Source: an uncultured Muribaculaceae bacterium
Lineage (GTDB): Bacteria > Bacteroidota > Bacteroidia > Bacteroidales > Muribaculaceae
DNA length: 64,000 nucleotides
Reading direction: 5' to 3'
Assembly (NCBI GenBank): GCA_905233915.1
Contig: CAJOFM010000006.1
Location: 16,873 to 80,872, forward strand
Positions within the stretch are counted from its first letter, which is position 1; every line of letters begins with the position of its first letter. The notes beneath the pieces are model-generated. The model did no database searches and was not told the DNA's origin. It worked only from the letters and a program-made list of their open reading frames with translations. Below are positions 38,287-48,036 of the stretch, piece after piece. A program made the position numbers and the translations under genes.

Positions 38287-38838
38287 TCACTGCAGCAACA
38301 TCCCGTCGGCAACCTGTCGAGCGGCATCAGCACCAAGGGACTGGGCGACAAGGGCCAACGCAAAGGGGGCAGCGGCCGCAGGACCGTTACCAGTCACCAC
38401 GTTACCGTCAACAGCAACAGGACCATCAGCCCAGTTCACGCCCTCGATGCCCTGCTCCATGCCAGGATAGCACACCGCTTCACGGCCGGCAATGATGCCC
38501 AAGGGAGCCAGCACCACCGCTGGCGAGGCACAGATCGCCGCCACACGGCCGCCACGTTCATCCTGAGCCACTAACTCGCGGCACAAGGCCTCGTGGGCTG
38601 CCAGATTAGGAGCCCCGGGAATGCCACCAGGCAGCACGAGCCACTCGGCATCGGTATAATCGTTGTCGTCATAGAGGCTGTCGGCCAGCACCGTCACGCC
38701 ATGCGCTCCCGTCACCTCCAGACCGGGGTTAATCGACACCGTCGTCACAGGCATCCCCGCGCGACGCAACACATCCACACACGTCAAGGCCTCAACTTCC
38801 TCAAAGCCATCGGCCAGAAAAACATAAGTCTCTTTCAT
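38287..38838 (-). CDS. DJ-1/PfpI (YajL/ThiJ) family protein
   Basis: VFLADGFEEVEA, LVLPGG.PGA, AAICASP, VVTGNGP. Confidence 0.93.
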   Translation of the reverse strand: MKETYVFLADGFEEVEALTCVDVLRRAGMPVTTVSINPGLEVTGAHGVTVLADSLYDDNDYTDAEWLVLPGGIPGAPNLAAHEALCRELVAQDERGGRVAAICASPAVVLAPLGIIAGREAVCYPGMEQGIEGVNWADGPVAVDGNVVTGNGPAAAAPFALALVAQSLGADAARQVADGMLLQ

Positions 38839-38954
38839 CTTCTCTGTTATTATTAAGTTATTCAAAATCAATTAAATTGCATTAATAGCAGAATCCGTCT
38901 AACTGAGCGGAAATCTATTCAAAAAACTTCACTCCCAACCTCGTAGAGGCCAAG

Positions 38955-39717
38955 CGGGTTGAAGACCCGATTTCACAGAAAAACACCATGCAAGCGGGCA
39001 GTAGGCCCGCGCAGCTTGGTGCCAGGGCGCCAAGTAACAAGTGCGTCGAAGACGAACTTCAATCAGGTCAGTCTATAATCATTCCAATCCAGTCCAGAGG
39101 ACTCTATCATGGTCCTATACTCATCCTCAAATGTTTTCGCCTTGTGGTGTTCACGTTGATTGATGATATAGTTAATGATGACATCCTTTTCACGCTGACT
39201 GCAAGAGAATGCGCCGTACTCTTTACCCCATCCGCTGAATTGAGGGAAAAGAGCCTGTTGCCTGGCCCACTTGCTGCTGCCCTGTTTGACATCACGCACA
39301 AGATCACTCAACGCCATTGTGGGGGAAAGCTCAATAAGCATGTGAATGTGATTGCCTATGCCATTAATGCGATAGAGACGGCAACCACGGCTCTTGACAA
39401 TCGACCAAATATATCGATAAAGATGTTCACTAGTTTCATCGGGTATGGTCATCTGACGTCGATAGGTGTTGATGACAACATGAAATATGGAACTGACTGC
39501 ACTCATTCTTCAACTTGGTGTGAGGGTTGGAACTGCAAAGTTAAGATTTTTGTTTTTCCCATGCAAGTGCAGCAGGTTTGAAGTTCGTCTTCGACGCACA
39601 TTCACATCATCATCATTCACACCAAGCGTCGAACCCCGCTGGGGTTCTTGCATGGTGTTTGCACACAACGGCGGCACTTCGAGCCGCCAACCTCTTCGAG
39701 GTCACCCTTGCGGGTGA
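38955..39717 (-). mobile_element. Y1 HUH transposase locus with mirror-symmetric hairpin flanks (REPtron-like)
   Basis: Perfect 22-bp IR 39041-39062 / 39578-39599; 14-bp IR 38981-38994 / 39647-39660; several short hairpins on each side; no tnpB. Confidence 0.7.
39063..39506 (-). CDS. tnpA: IS200/IS605-type (Y1) transposase, TnpA/TnpA-REP-like
   Basis: FHVVINT, HUH motif NHIHML, KQGSSKW, W..EYGAFS, catalytic YIINQ.EHH; own TAACTTTG promoter at 39536-39543 (-). Confidence 0.9.
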   Translation of the reverse strand: MSAVSSIFHVVINTYRRQMTIPDETSEHLYRYIWSIVKSRGCRLYRINGIGNHIHMLIELSPTMALSDLVRDVKQGSSKWARQQALFPQFSGWGKEYGAFSCSQREKDVIINYIINQREHHKAKTFEDEYRTMIESSGLDWNDYRLT

Positions 39718-39870
39718 GACGCGACTTGAAATGGAACACCAATTATTCCACATGACCAAAAAGTTTTCATCCATCAGAGTACATCATCGGGCAAAATGGG
39801 CAATTTTGGGCTAAAAAAACGGGGGATTTTGAAAAAAAACGGCTTTTTTTGAAAAAAAATCGCGATTTTG

Positions 39871-39901
39871 TTTGGTGGTTTAAAAAATAGCAGTACCTTT
39901 G
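39871..39901 (+). promoter_or_regulatory. Canonical Bacteroidetes promoter of tRNA-Val
   Basis: TTTG-N19-TACCTTTG. Confidence 0.8.
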
Positions 39902-39921
39902 CATCGCTTTTGACAATTCTT

Positions 39922-39999
39922 GGGCAGTTAGCGCAGTTGGTTCAGAGCATCTGCCTTACAAGCAGAGGGTCGGGGGTTCGAATCCCTCACTGCCCACCA
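39922..39999 (+). tRNA. trnV: tRNA-Val (anticodon TAC), CCA encoded
   Basis: GGGCAGT/ACTGCCC acceptor stem, anticodon arm TCTGC-CTTACAA-GCAGA, T-loop GGTTCGAATCC. Confidence 0.96.
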
Positions 40000-40005
40000 A
40001 CAAAG

Positions 40006-40037
40006 GTCCCGCACCACCTCGGTGTGGGATTTTTTTG
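40006..40037 (+). terminator. Terminator after tRNA
   Basis: gtcccgcacc-acctc-ggtgtgggat followed by a T run. Confidence 0.75.
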
Positions 40038-40117
40038 TGTAAAAAACCATAAAAAGAACTGCAAAAAGGAGCAGTTTGGAAAATTATGTGTAGTTTTGGG
40101 GTTTGAAATCACCATAG

Positions 40118-40717
40118 ATGCAGAATATGAACAAGAGACTTCTCATCGCAATCCTGATCACCGCCTTCCTGTCACTGCCCGCAGCAGCACAGGTGAGGTT
40201 TGGCGTTCGTGGCGGTTTGACCATCGGCGAGCTGCGCTTTGACCGCGACATCATCGACAGCGACAACCGCATGGGATGGTGTGGAGGCTTGCTGATTGAT
40301 GCAGGCATTCCCGTCATCGGGCTGGGCGTCGAGGCCAGCGTGATGTACACCCACCGCAACAACCGTCTGACCGACGAGTACCGCCTGTTCAAGCGCCACT
40401 ACATCGAGATTCCAGTGTATGCACGCTACCGCCTCAACCTGCCCTCGGTGGAAAGGTTTTTTGCGCCCCTGGTGTTCACCGGCCCTAACATCTCGGTGCT
40501 GTTCAACGACAACGGGTCCAGCTCCTATAACAACAGCAAGACCTACCTGTCGTGGGACGTGGGCGCCGGTGCCGACCTGTTCAGGCACTTGAGAATCACG
40601 GCGACCTACGGCATCGGCATCTCCAAGGCGATGAAATACATCAACCAGGACTACAATGGTGATGTGGTCCAAGGCAAGGACCGCTATTGGACCCTGAACG
40701 CCGCCTGGCTCTTTTAG
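40118..40717 (+). CDS. Outer-membrane beta-barrel (porin/PorT-like OMP family)
   Basis: Signal peptide, FGVRGG, YIEIPV, FTGP, terminal aromatic residue WLF. Confidence 0.8.
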   Translation: MQNMNKRLLIAILITAFLSLPAAAQVRFGVRGGLTIGELRFDRDIIDSDNRMGWCGGLLIDAGIPVIGLGVEASVMYTHRNNRLTDEYRLFKRHYIEIPVYARYRLNLPSVERFFAPLVFTGPNISVLFNDNGSSSYNNSKTYLSWDVGAGADLFRHLRITATYGIGISKAMKYINQDYNGDVVQGKDRYWTLNAAWLF

Positions 40718-40792
40718 TCCGCGTCAGCGTCAATCCATACCGTGGCTCAGCCACGGTTCTCCAGCAACAAAAACAAAAAAATCAATAATAGA

Positions 40793-41416
40793 ATGAAAAA
40801 GTTAACACTTCTCATCACAGCCCTTATCCTCTCCACGGCCGCCGCTACGGCGCAGACCTCCTCACGCTGGGGTGTCACCGCCGGCGCCAACTTCAATGAG
40901 CTCCACTTCAAGCAGAAAGACATCGTTCCCTCTGAAAGAAGGTGGGGACCGCAAGTGGGCGTGATCGGAGAGATGAACTTCAGCGGCATCGGTTTCGGTG
41001 TCGAGAGCGGACTGCTCTACACCCTCAAGCAGAGCAAGGTGAACTATGGCTCACGCACGATGTGGGACGCATTGGGCAAGGGCAATGAGACCGTGTCGAT
41101 GCACTACCTTGATGTGCCCCTGCACCTCAAGTTCAAGTACCACCGCCTGGGCGGACTGGAGACCTCCTTCATGCCTCTGGTCTATGTGGGCCCGCAGTTC
41201 TCCTTCCTGGTACACGGCAGCCAAGGCGACCTCAACAAGTACCCACCCGTTAACGTCTATCTAGACATGGGTGCGGGCTGCGAACTCATGGAGCGCGTAC
41301 AGCTCAGGGTCGGCTACAACTTCTCGGTGGGTCAGACGCTCCACACGCGCCTGCTCGACGACAATGTCGCCAAGAACCGCACCTGGTACGCCAACATCAC
41401 CTGGTTCTTCAAGTGA
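40793..41416 (+). CDS. Outer-membrane beta-barrel, tandem paralogue
   Basis: MKKLTLLI signal, WGVTAG, YLDVPL, YVGPQFS, C-terminal WFFK. Confidence 0.8.
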   Translation: MKKLTLLITALILSTAAATAQTSSRWGVTAGANFNELHFKQKDIVPSERRWGPQVGVIGEMNFSGIGFGVESGLLYTLKQSKVNYGSRTMWDALGKGNETVSMHYLDVPLHLKFKYHRLGGLETSFMPLVYVGPQFSFLVHGSQGDLNKYPPVNVYLDMGAGCELMERVQLRVGYNFSVGQTLHTRLLDDNVAKNRTWYANITWFFK

Positions 41417-41473
41417 TTTCAAGTCAGTCTAAAGCACAGCCACTTGAATCCCTCTTAAGACTAAGTCCCATCA

Positions 41474-42481
41474 ATGAATAGACGATATGCGGCCATACTG
41501 ATAGCGCTGGCCGTCGCGATTGTGGCGATGTTCTGCTCGCGCGACCGCATGCGATTCTTCTCCCATGAGGGTGTGGTGTGGACCACCGATTACCACATTA
41601 CCTACGAGGCCACCCGCGACCTGAACGACAGCATCCAGCTCATCCTTGGCAACATCGACATGAGCGCCTCGCCCTACAACAAGGCCTCGCTCATCAGCGC
41701 CATCAACGAGAATGCCACCAACCGTGTGGACGCCTATATCAAGCTACTTATCGAGGCCTCGCGCATCGTCAACCGCGAGAGTGAAGGTGCCTTTGACCCG
41801 ACGGTGATGCCGCTGGTCAACGCCTGGGGTTTCGGCTACAAGAGCGGAGCCCTTCCTACCCGCGCCCAACTCGACAGCATCCTGCTTTTCATCGGCATGG
41901 ACAAGGTGACCCTCCACGGCGACACCCTCATCAAGAGTGACCCGCGCGTGATGCTAGACTTCAGTTCTATCGCCAAGGGGATGGCTTGTGACGAAATCGG
42001 CCGCATGCTTTCCCGAAACGGCGCCCGCAACTGGCTCGTCGAAATTGGCGGTGAGGTGGCCGTCCACGGCAAGAATGCGCAAGGCAAGCCCTGGACAGCA
42101 TCGGTCGATATGCCCACCGACGAGCAAGACGGTGCGGTTTCCCATGAGAGCGCCATGCTGCTCACCCTAGACAACGAGGCTGTCGCCACCAGCGGCAACT
42201 ACCGCAAATGGCGCAACGAGGGCGGGAAAAAACTGTCACACATTGTGGATCCCAAGACGGGTGACAGCCGTGCCGGCACGCTGCTGAGCGCCACCGTCAT
42301 TGCCAACGACTGCATGACCGCCGACGCCTGGGCCACGGCCTGCATGGCGATGGGCGAACAAAAAGTGAAAAACATGATGCAAGGCCGCAACGACCTGGGT
42401 GTGATGACCATCTCAGCCGACACCGTAGCCGGCGCCCTCGTCGTGTGGAGCAATGCTGCCTTTGCCAACCACATCCCCTAA
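41474..42481 (+). CDS. apbE: FAD:protein FMN transferase
   Basis: GAFDPTV.PL...WGFG, LDFSSIAKG, LVEIGGE, AVATSGNYR, HIVDPKTG, ADAWATA. Confidence 0.93.
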   Translation: MNRRYAAILIALAVAIVAMFCSRDRMRFFSHEGVVWTTDYHITYEATRDLNDSIQLILGNIDMSASPYNKASLISAINENATNRVDAYIKLLIEASRIVNRESEGAFDPTVMPLVNAWGFGYKSGALPTRAQLDSILLFIGMDKVTLHGDTLIKSDPRVMLDFSSIAKGMACDEIGRMLSRNGARNWLVEIGGEVAVHGKNAQGKPWTASVDMPTDEQDGAVSHESAMLLTLDNEAVATSGNYRKWRNEGGKKLSHIVDPKTGDSRAGTLLSATVIANDCMTADAWATACMAMGEQKVKNMMQGRNDLGVMTISADTVAGALVVWSNAAFANHIP

Positions 42482-42500
42482 AACAACCCAATTAAGAAGG

Positions 42501-42615
42501 CAAGAAATACAAGCCATCCAGCGAACAGCATCATTAAAAACAACCCAAACAACCGATATCGATGTTGTTTGGGTTGTTTTTATTGTGGAGGGTGTGGATG
42601 GCCTTGTATTATTTG
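42501..42615. repeat. Nested long palindrome between convergent genes
   Basis: Perfect 18-bp IR AAAAACAACCCAAACAAC (42536-42553 / 42564-42581) inside an outer imperfect IR 42501-42520 / 42595-42615. Confidence 0.8.
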
Positions 42616-42624
42616 TCTATATTA

Positions 42625-43389
42625 TTACTGGGCGATGATGAGTTCGATGCCCAAGTCCTCGATTTTCTTGATGAGTTTGGGCGGGATGCCTGCGTCGGTG
42701 ATGATGATGTCAACGGCATCGATGTCGGCAATCTTGGCAAATCCGCGGCGCCCGAACTTGCTGCTGTCGGCCAGGACGATGGTCTTCTGGGCCGCGGCAA
42801 TCATCTTCTGATTCAACGCCGCCTCGCGCATCTCGGTCGTGGTGATGCCATAATCCATGTCAATGCCGTCAACTCCGAGATACAGTTTGCTGAAAGAACA
42901 CAACTCCAGGATGCGGGAAGCATACTCGCCTACCACCGACAGGCTACTGTGCCTGAGCATGCCGCCCAACTGCATGATATCGATGTTCTCGTGCTGGGAC
43001 AAGATGTTGCTCACGGGCAACGAAGCCGACACGACCGTCAGTTTGTGGATGGGCTGGATGTTGCGCGCCAGGGCATGAACCGTCGTTCCCGAAGCGATGC
43101 AGATGCTGTCGTTGCGCGTGATGAGTCGCGCGGCCTCACGGCCGATGGCGTGCTTCTCATCGGTGGCCAGCTTCTCTTTCTCGTTCACCGAGCGGTTATT
43201 GATATAAGGGTTGACCAGCACCGCCTTGCCGTGGCTGCGGTACAGCTTGTCACTCTTCTCCAGTTCGGTGAGGTCCTTGCGCACCGTGACGGCACTCACG
43301 TCAAGCATCGACACCAGATCAGACACCTGCACCGACCCATGCTTGATCAACGCTTCCATGATTATCTCGTGACGTTCTTCCTTGGTCAT
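42625..43389 (-). CDS. DeoR/GlpR family transcriptional regulator
   Basis: VS.VTVRKDL..LE HTH, IASGTT, KLYLG.DGID; divergent from glpA. Start moved to MTKEERH. Confidence 0.92.
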   Translation of the reverse strand: MTKEERHEIIMEALIKHGSVQVSDLVSMLDVSAVTVRKDLTELEKSDKLYRSHGKAVLVNPYINNRSVNEKEKLATDEKHAIGREAARLITRNDSICIASGTTVHALARNIQPIHKLTVVSASLPVSNILSQHENIDIMQLGGMLRHSSLSVVGEYASRILELCSFSKLYLGVDGIDMDYGITTTEMREAALNQKMIAAAQKTIVLADSSKFGRRGFAKIADIDAVDIIITDAGIPPKLIKKIEDLGIELIIAQ

Positions 43390-43410
43390 AACAAAATGGA
43401 TTAAAGATGA

Positions 43411-43721
43411 TTTCGTTTTGATGCGGCAAAAGTATATAAAAGATAAATACACTCCAAAAAATTTGGCAAAAAAGTTTCGATTTTTACCAAAATGAAACAT
43501 AAAATAGGAACAAAATAGTAATTATTACTTTTATTTTTAGAACAAAACGAAATCATAATGAAATACTATCGAAACCACTATTTACAGTAAAAATTCAATA
43601 TCGGAATTCTCATAATTGCTTATATATCAATAATTTCTATCAATATTTCAATATATGTCATCAAAATAAATACGAAATTGTTTTGCTGTTCCAAAAAGAA
43701 GCAGTAACTTTGCAGCGAAAC
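43411..43721. promoter_or_regulatory. glp promoter with candidate DeoR operator half-sites
   Basis: TTTG(43682)-N19-TAACTTTG(43705); repeated CGAAA/TTTCG at 43411, 43475, 43548, 43570, 43673 and 43716. Confidence 0.6.
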
Positions 43722-43762
43722 TAATTCACTCAATTAGTTTTGCTACCTTAAAAACTTCATTT

Positions 43763-45406
43763 ATGGTAACAGAGGACATTTATAACAAAGAATATGACGT
43801 GATCATCGTGGGAGGCGGCGTCACCGGCGCCGGCACCGCGAGGGATTGCGCGTTGCGTGGACTGAGCGTGCTGCTCGTGGAGCGCAACGATTACAGCACT
43901 GGTGCCACAGGACGCAACCACGGCCTGATGCACAGTGGAGCGCGCTATGCCGTGACCGACGGCGAGAGTGCCCGCGAATGCATCAGCGAGAACATGATCC
44001 TGCGCCGCATCGCCCGCCACTGCGTGGAGGAGACCGACGGCCTGTTCATTACCCTGCCCGAGGACGACCTGGCTTACCAGCGCACCTTCGTCGAGGCGTG
44101 CCAGAGTGCCGGCATCCGTGCCGACATCATCGACCCCGAGGAGGCTCGCCGCATCGAGCCGGCGGTTAACCCCGACCTCATCGGCGCTGTGCGCATTCCC
44201 GACGCCTCGATCGACCCGTTCCGCCTCACCATCGCCAACCTGCTCGATGCCCGCATGCACGGCGCCGAGGCTCTCAACCACCACGAGGTGGAGGGCCTCA
44301 TCCTCAACCAGGGCCGCGTCGAGGGCGTGAAGCTGTTCAACAAGCTTAAAGGCGAGCACGTCGAGGTGCGTGGCCGCGTTGTGGTCAACGCCGCAGGCAT
44401 CTGGGGTCAGCGCATCGCCGAGATGGCAGGCTGCAAGATTTCAATGTTCCCCGCCAGGGGTGCGTTGCTCATCTTCGGCCACCGCGTGAACCAGATGGTC
44501 ATCAACCGCTGCCGCAAGCCCGCCAACGCCGATATCCTGGTACCCGACGACACCGTGTGCGTCATCGGCACCACCAGCGACCGCATCCCCATCGAGACCG
44601 TTGATGACATGCGCGTCACCCGCGAGGAGGTGGACATCCTGCTCAAGGAGGGCATCAAGCTGGCACCGTCGCTGGCCACGACCAGGGTTATCCGCGCCTA
44701 TGCCGGCGTGCGCCCCCTTGTTGCCAGCGATGACGACCCCAGCGGCCGCAGCATCAGCCGTGGTATTGTGTGTCTCGACCATGCCAAGCGTGACGGCGTC
44801 GAGGGTTTCATCACTATCACCGGCGGCAAGATGATGACCTACCGCCTGATGGGCGAGATTGCCACCAATGCCGTGTGCGCCAAGTTGGGCAACACCGCTG
44901 CCTGCGTCACCGCTGCCCAGCCGTTGCCCGGCTCGGAGGAGGGTGCTCCTTCACAGAGCGACCTAACCAAGCGCTACAGTTTCGGCCAGCGCGCCGCCAT
45001 CGGCCGTCACGGCTCATTGGCAGCCCGCATCGAGAAGGACAACGATATCGACAACGCCCTGGTGTGCGAGTGTGAAGGCGTCACCGTGGGCGAAATCAAA
45101 TATGCCGTCCAGCAACTGCATGTCCACAACCTGGTGAACCTGCGCCGCCGCACCCGCGTGGGCATGGGCACCTGTCAGGGCAAACTCTGCTCCTGCCGCG
45201 CCGCGTCGCTCATGGGAGAAATGAGCCACGACGTGAAGCGCGCCCAGCAAGATCTCGCCTCGTTCCTTGACGAGCGATGGAAGGGCATGAGGCCCGTGGC
45301 ATGGGGCGACACATTGCGCGAGGCACAGCTGACCGCAGCCATCTACGAGGGCCTGTGCGGACTGGATATGGCTGTTAATACCCAAGGAAAGGAGGACCAG
45401 CAATGA
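43763..45406 (+). CDS. glpA: Anaerobic glycerol-3-phosphate dehydrogenase subunit A
   Basis: IIVGGGVTGAG, GATGRNHGLMHSGARY, TITGGK, BFD-like CECE...RTRVGMGTCQG..C. Confidence 0.96.
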   Translation: MVTEDIYNKEYDVIIVGGGVTGAGTARDCALRGLSVLLVERNDYSTGATGRNHGLMHSGARYAVTDGESARECISENMILRRIARHCVEETDGLFITLPEDDLAYQRTFVEACQSAGIRADIIDPEEARRIEPAVNPDLIGAVRIPDASIDPFRLTIANLLDARMHGAEALNHHEVEGLILNQGRVEGVKLFNKLKGEHVEVRGRVVVNAAGIWGQRIAEMAGCKISMFPARGALLIFGHRVNQMVINRCRKPANADILVPDDTVCVIGTTSDRIPIETVDDMRVTREEVDILLKEGIKLAPSLATTRVIRAYAGVRPLVASDDDPSGRSISRGIVCLDHAKRDGVEGFITITGGKMMTYRLMGEIATNAVCAKLGNTAACVTAAQPLPGSEEGAPSQSDLTKRYSFGQRAAIGRHGSLAARIEKDNDIDNALVCECEGVTVGEIKYAVQQLHVHNLVNLRRRTRVGMGTCQGKLCSCRAASLMGEMSHDVKRAQQDLASFLDERWKGMRPVAWGDTLREAQLTAAIYEGLCGLDMAVNTQGKEDQQ

Positions 45407-46644
45407 GAATGGATACCGTCATCATGGGCGGAGGCCTGAGCGGCCTTACCTGTGGCATCGCGCTCGCCAAGCGCGGCCAGCGTGTTACCATCGTGGCCAG
45501 CGGCCTGAGCACCCTGCAGTTCAACTGCGGCTCGATGGAGTTACTGGGCTGCATCGACGGCAAGGCGGTCACCTCCCCACTTGAAGCCATCGCCACCCTA
45601 CCCCAGGGCCATCCCTACAGCAAAATCGGCACCGACCGCATCGCCACGCTCGCCGAGCAGGCCAAGTCGCTGCTTGATGATGCAGGCGTCATCATGGAGG
45701 GTAACGCCGCCGCCAACCACTGGCGCATCACTCCAATGGGCATCGCCAAGCCCGCATGGCTCACCCTATTCGGCCACCTGCACATCGACGACCTCAACCA
45801 GTTGCCCGCCCGTCGCGTGGCGCTGATGTGCGTCCGCGGGTTCTTTGACCAGCCCAATGGCATGCTGGCCAACGGATTAAAGGAGCTGGGCTTCGAGGTG
45901 GAAAAAATCGAATTCACGACCGACGACATCACCGCCCTGCGCCGCAGCCCGAGCGAGATGCGTGCCAGCAGCCTCTCCAAGCATCTGGTGAGCAACCATG
46001 CCCTGCTGCGCGTGGCCGACCAGATCAACAGCCTGACCGGAGACGCCGAACTGGTGCTGATGCCCAGCGTGCTCGCCGACGAGGAAGCCGTGCGCACCCT
46101 GCAGTCGATGGTCAACAAGCCGCTGCGCATGATTGCCACACTGCCACCCTCGGTTCCCGGGGCGAGGATTCAAACCTTGCTGCGCCACTACTTCAGGATG
46201 CTGGGCGGCAACTATCTGATGGGCGACTCGGCAGTGAGCGGCACCTTCGACGGCGACCTGCTGACCGCCATCACTACCGCCAAACTGGGCGACATGCCCC
46301 TCAAGGCTGACAATTTTGTCCTCGCCACCGGCTCGTTCATCAGCCGCGGACTGATTGCCGACTATGAGCGCGTCTATGAACCCGTGCTGGGCCTGGACGT
46401 GGATGCCGACGCCGAGCGCGAGCAATGGACCCGCTTCGGGGTGCTCGAGCAGCAGGCCTACATGGGTTACGGTGTCGCCACCGACAACAACCTGCGCTGC
46501 CTCAAGCAAGGCAAAACCATTTCCAACTTACATGCCATCGGCTCGGTCCTGAGCGGACACGATGCCATCAAGATGGGAGACGGCACCGGCGTGTCACTGT
46601 TAACAGCCCTTGCCGCTGCCCAAGACATCCTGGGCAACAAATAA
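45403..46644 (+). CDS. glpB: Anaerobic glycerol-3-phosphate dehydrogenase subunit B
   Basis: IMGGGLSG, TLPPSVPG.R, FVLATGSF.SRGL, G.GVSL; overlaps the glpA stop. Confidence 0.95.
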   Translation: MRMDTVIMGGGLSGLTCGIALAKRGQRVTIVASGLSTLQFNCGSMELLGCIDGKAVTSPLEAIATLPQGHPYSKIGTDRIATLAEQAKSLLDDAGVIMEGNAAANHWRITPMGIAKPAWLTLFGHLHIDDLNQLPARRVALMCVRGFFDQPNGMLANGLKELGFEVEKIEFTTDDITALRRSPSEMRASSLSKHLVSNHALLRVADQINSLTGDAELVLMPSVLADEEAVRTLQSMVNKPLRMIATLPPSVPGARIQTLLRHYFRMLGGNYLMGDSAVSGTFDGDLLTAITTAKLGDMPLKADNFVLATGSFISRGLIADYERVYEPVLGLDVDADAEREQWTRFGVLEQQAYMGYGVATDNNLRCLKQGKTISNLHAIGSVLSGHDAIKMGDGTGVSLLTALAAAQDILGNK

Positions 46645-46725
46645 ACGTCAGTGCACGGGGCAGCCACCCCGACAATGATATATAGATAGATAAAGATTTG
46701 ATTGATGATTTTTTAATGGGATATC

Positions 46726-47988
46726 ATGGCTGAAAGAATGCAATTGTGCAATATCAGCGTCAACAACTTTGAGCAATGCACCAAGTGCTCCATCTGCACG
46801 ACGGTGTGCCCTGTTGCCGCTGTGACTACCGACTATCCCGGTCCCAAGCAGGCGGGCCCCGACGGGGAGCGCTACCGCTTGAAGGACCCCGCCTACTATG
46901 ACAAGATGCTCAAGCTGTGCCTCAACTGCAAGCGCTGCGAGGTGGCATGCCCCAGCGACGTGCACATCGCCGACATCATCCAGCGGGCACGCATGAGCGC
47001 CAGCGAGGGCAAGCGCGCGAGTCTGCGCGACACCATGCTCGCCAACACCGACCTGCTGGGCACGATGGCCAACCTGGTGGCACCTGTTGCCAACGCCACG
47101 CTGGGCCTCAAACCCACCAAATTGGTGATGGACAGCATCATGGCCATCGACAAGCACCGCACCTTCCCCGCCTATAGCCGCCAGAAGTTCACCACATGGT
47201 TCAAGCGCAACGCTGCCAAGGAGCAGGACGCCTATGCCCACCATGTGAGCTATTTCCATGGCTGCTACGTCAACTACAACTTCCCCAAACTGGGTCAGGA
47301 CCTGGTCAAGCTGATGAATGCCATCGGCTACGGTGTGCACCTGCTCGACAAGGAGCAGTGCTGCGGCGTGGCCCTCATCGCCAACGGCCTATACAAGCAG
47401 GCCCGCCGTCAGGGACAGACCAACATCACCAGCATCCGCAAGTCGGTCAACGATGACCATCGCCAGGTCATCACCACGAGCTCAAGCTGCACCTTCAACC
47501 TGCGTGACGAGTATCCCGCGATGCTCGACATCGACAACAAGGACGTGCGCGACGGCATCTCACTGGCCACCCGCTTCATCTACAACCTGGTGGACGACGG
47601 CAAGGTGAAACTCGTGTTCAAGCAGGACTACAAGCGCCGCCTGGCCTATCACACCGCCTGCCACATGCAACGCATGGGCTGGCAACTGTTCAGCATCGAG
47701 CTGCTGCGCATGATTCCGGGTCTCGACCTTGTGGAACTGGAGCAGAACTGCTGCGGCATCTCGGGCACCTACGGCTTCAAGAAGGAGAACTACGAGCGCA
47801 GCCAGGCCATCGGCTCCATCCTGTTCAAGGACATCGCCGACGCCCAGGTCGAGGCCGTCACCACCGACTGCGAGACCTGCAAGTGGCAGATCGAGATGTC
47901 CACCGGCCTGCCCGTCGAGAATCCCATCAGCGTGCTGGCCGACGCCCTTGACGTCGAGGCCACCCGCCAAGCTAACAACATCAACTAA
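46726..47988 (+). CDS. glpC: Anaerobic glycerol-3-phosphate dehydrogenase subunit C
   Basis: CTKCSICTTVCP and CLNCKRCEVACP 4Fe-4S motifs; CCG domains YFHGC/CCG and YHTACH/CCG. Confidence 0.96.
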   Translation: MAERMQLCNISVNNFEQCTKCSICTTVCPVAAVTTDYPGPKQAGPDGERYRLKDPAYYDKMLKLCLNCKRCEVACPSDVHIADIIQRARMSASEGKRASLRDTMLANTDLLGTMANLVAPVANATLGLKPTKLVMDSIMAIDKHRTFPAYSRQKFTTWFKRNAAKEQDAYAHHVSYFHGCYVNYNFPKLGQDLVKLMNAIGYGVHLLDKEQCCGVALIANGLYKQARRQGQTNITSIRKSVNDDHRQVITTSSSCTFNLRDEYPAMLDIDNKDVRDGISLATRFIYNLVDDGKVKLVFKQDYKRRLAYHTACHMQRMGWQLFSIELLRMIPGLDLVELEQNCCGISGTYGFKKENYERSQAIGSILFKDIADAQVEAVTTDCETCKWQIEMSTGLPVENPISVLADALDVEATRQANNIN

Positions 47989-48036
47989 CAATCAATATTT
48001 CAAACATTAAGCTTTAAACTATAAACATTAGAAATT

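Noticed and set aside
30820-39999. Prophage or island integrated at tRNA-Val containing terL and tnpA
   Set aside because: The region lies 5' of the tRNA; I saw no duplicated tRNA 3' end and no integrase, and the intervening genes are host-like.
39868-40242. 124-aa ORF
   Set aside because: It runs through the tRNA-Val gene and its terminator.
46656-46671. CGGGG/CCCCG hairpin between glpB and glpC as an attenuator
   Set aside because: Short stem with no U-tract; at most an mRNA-stability element.
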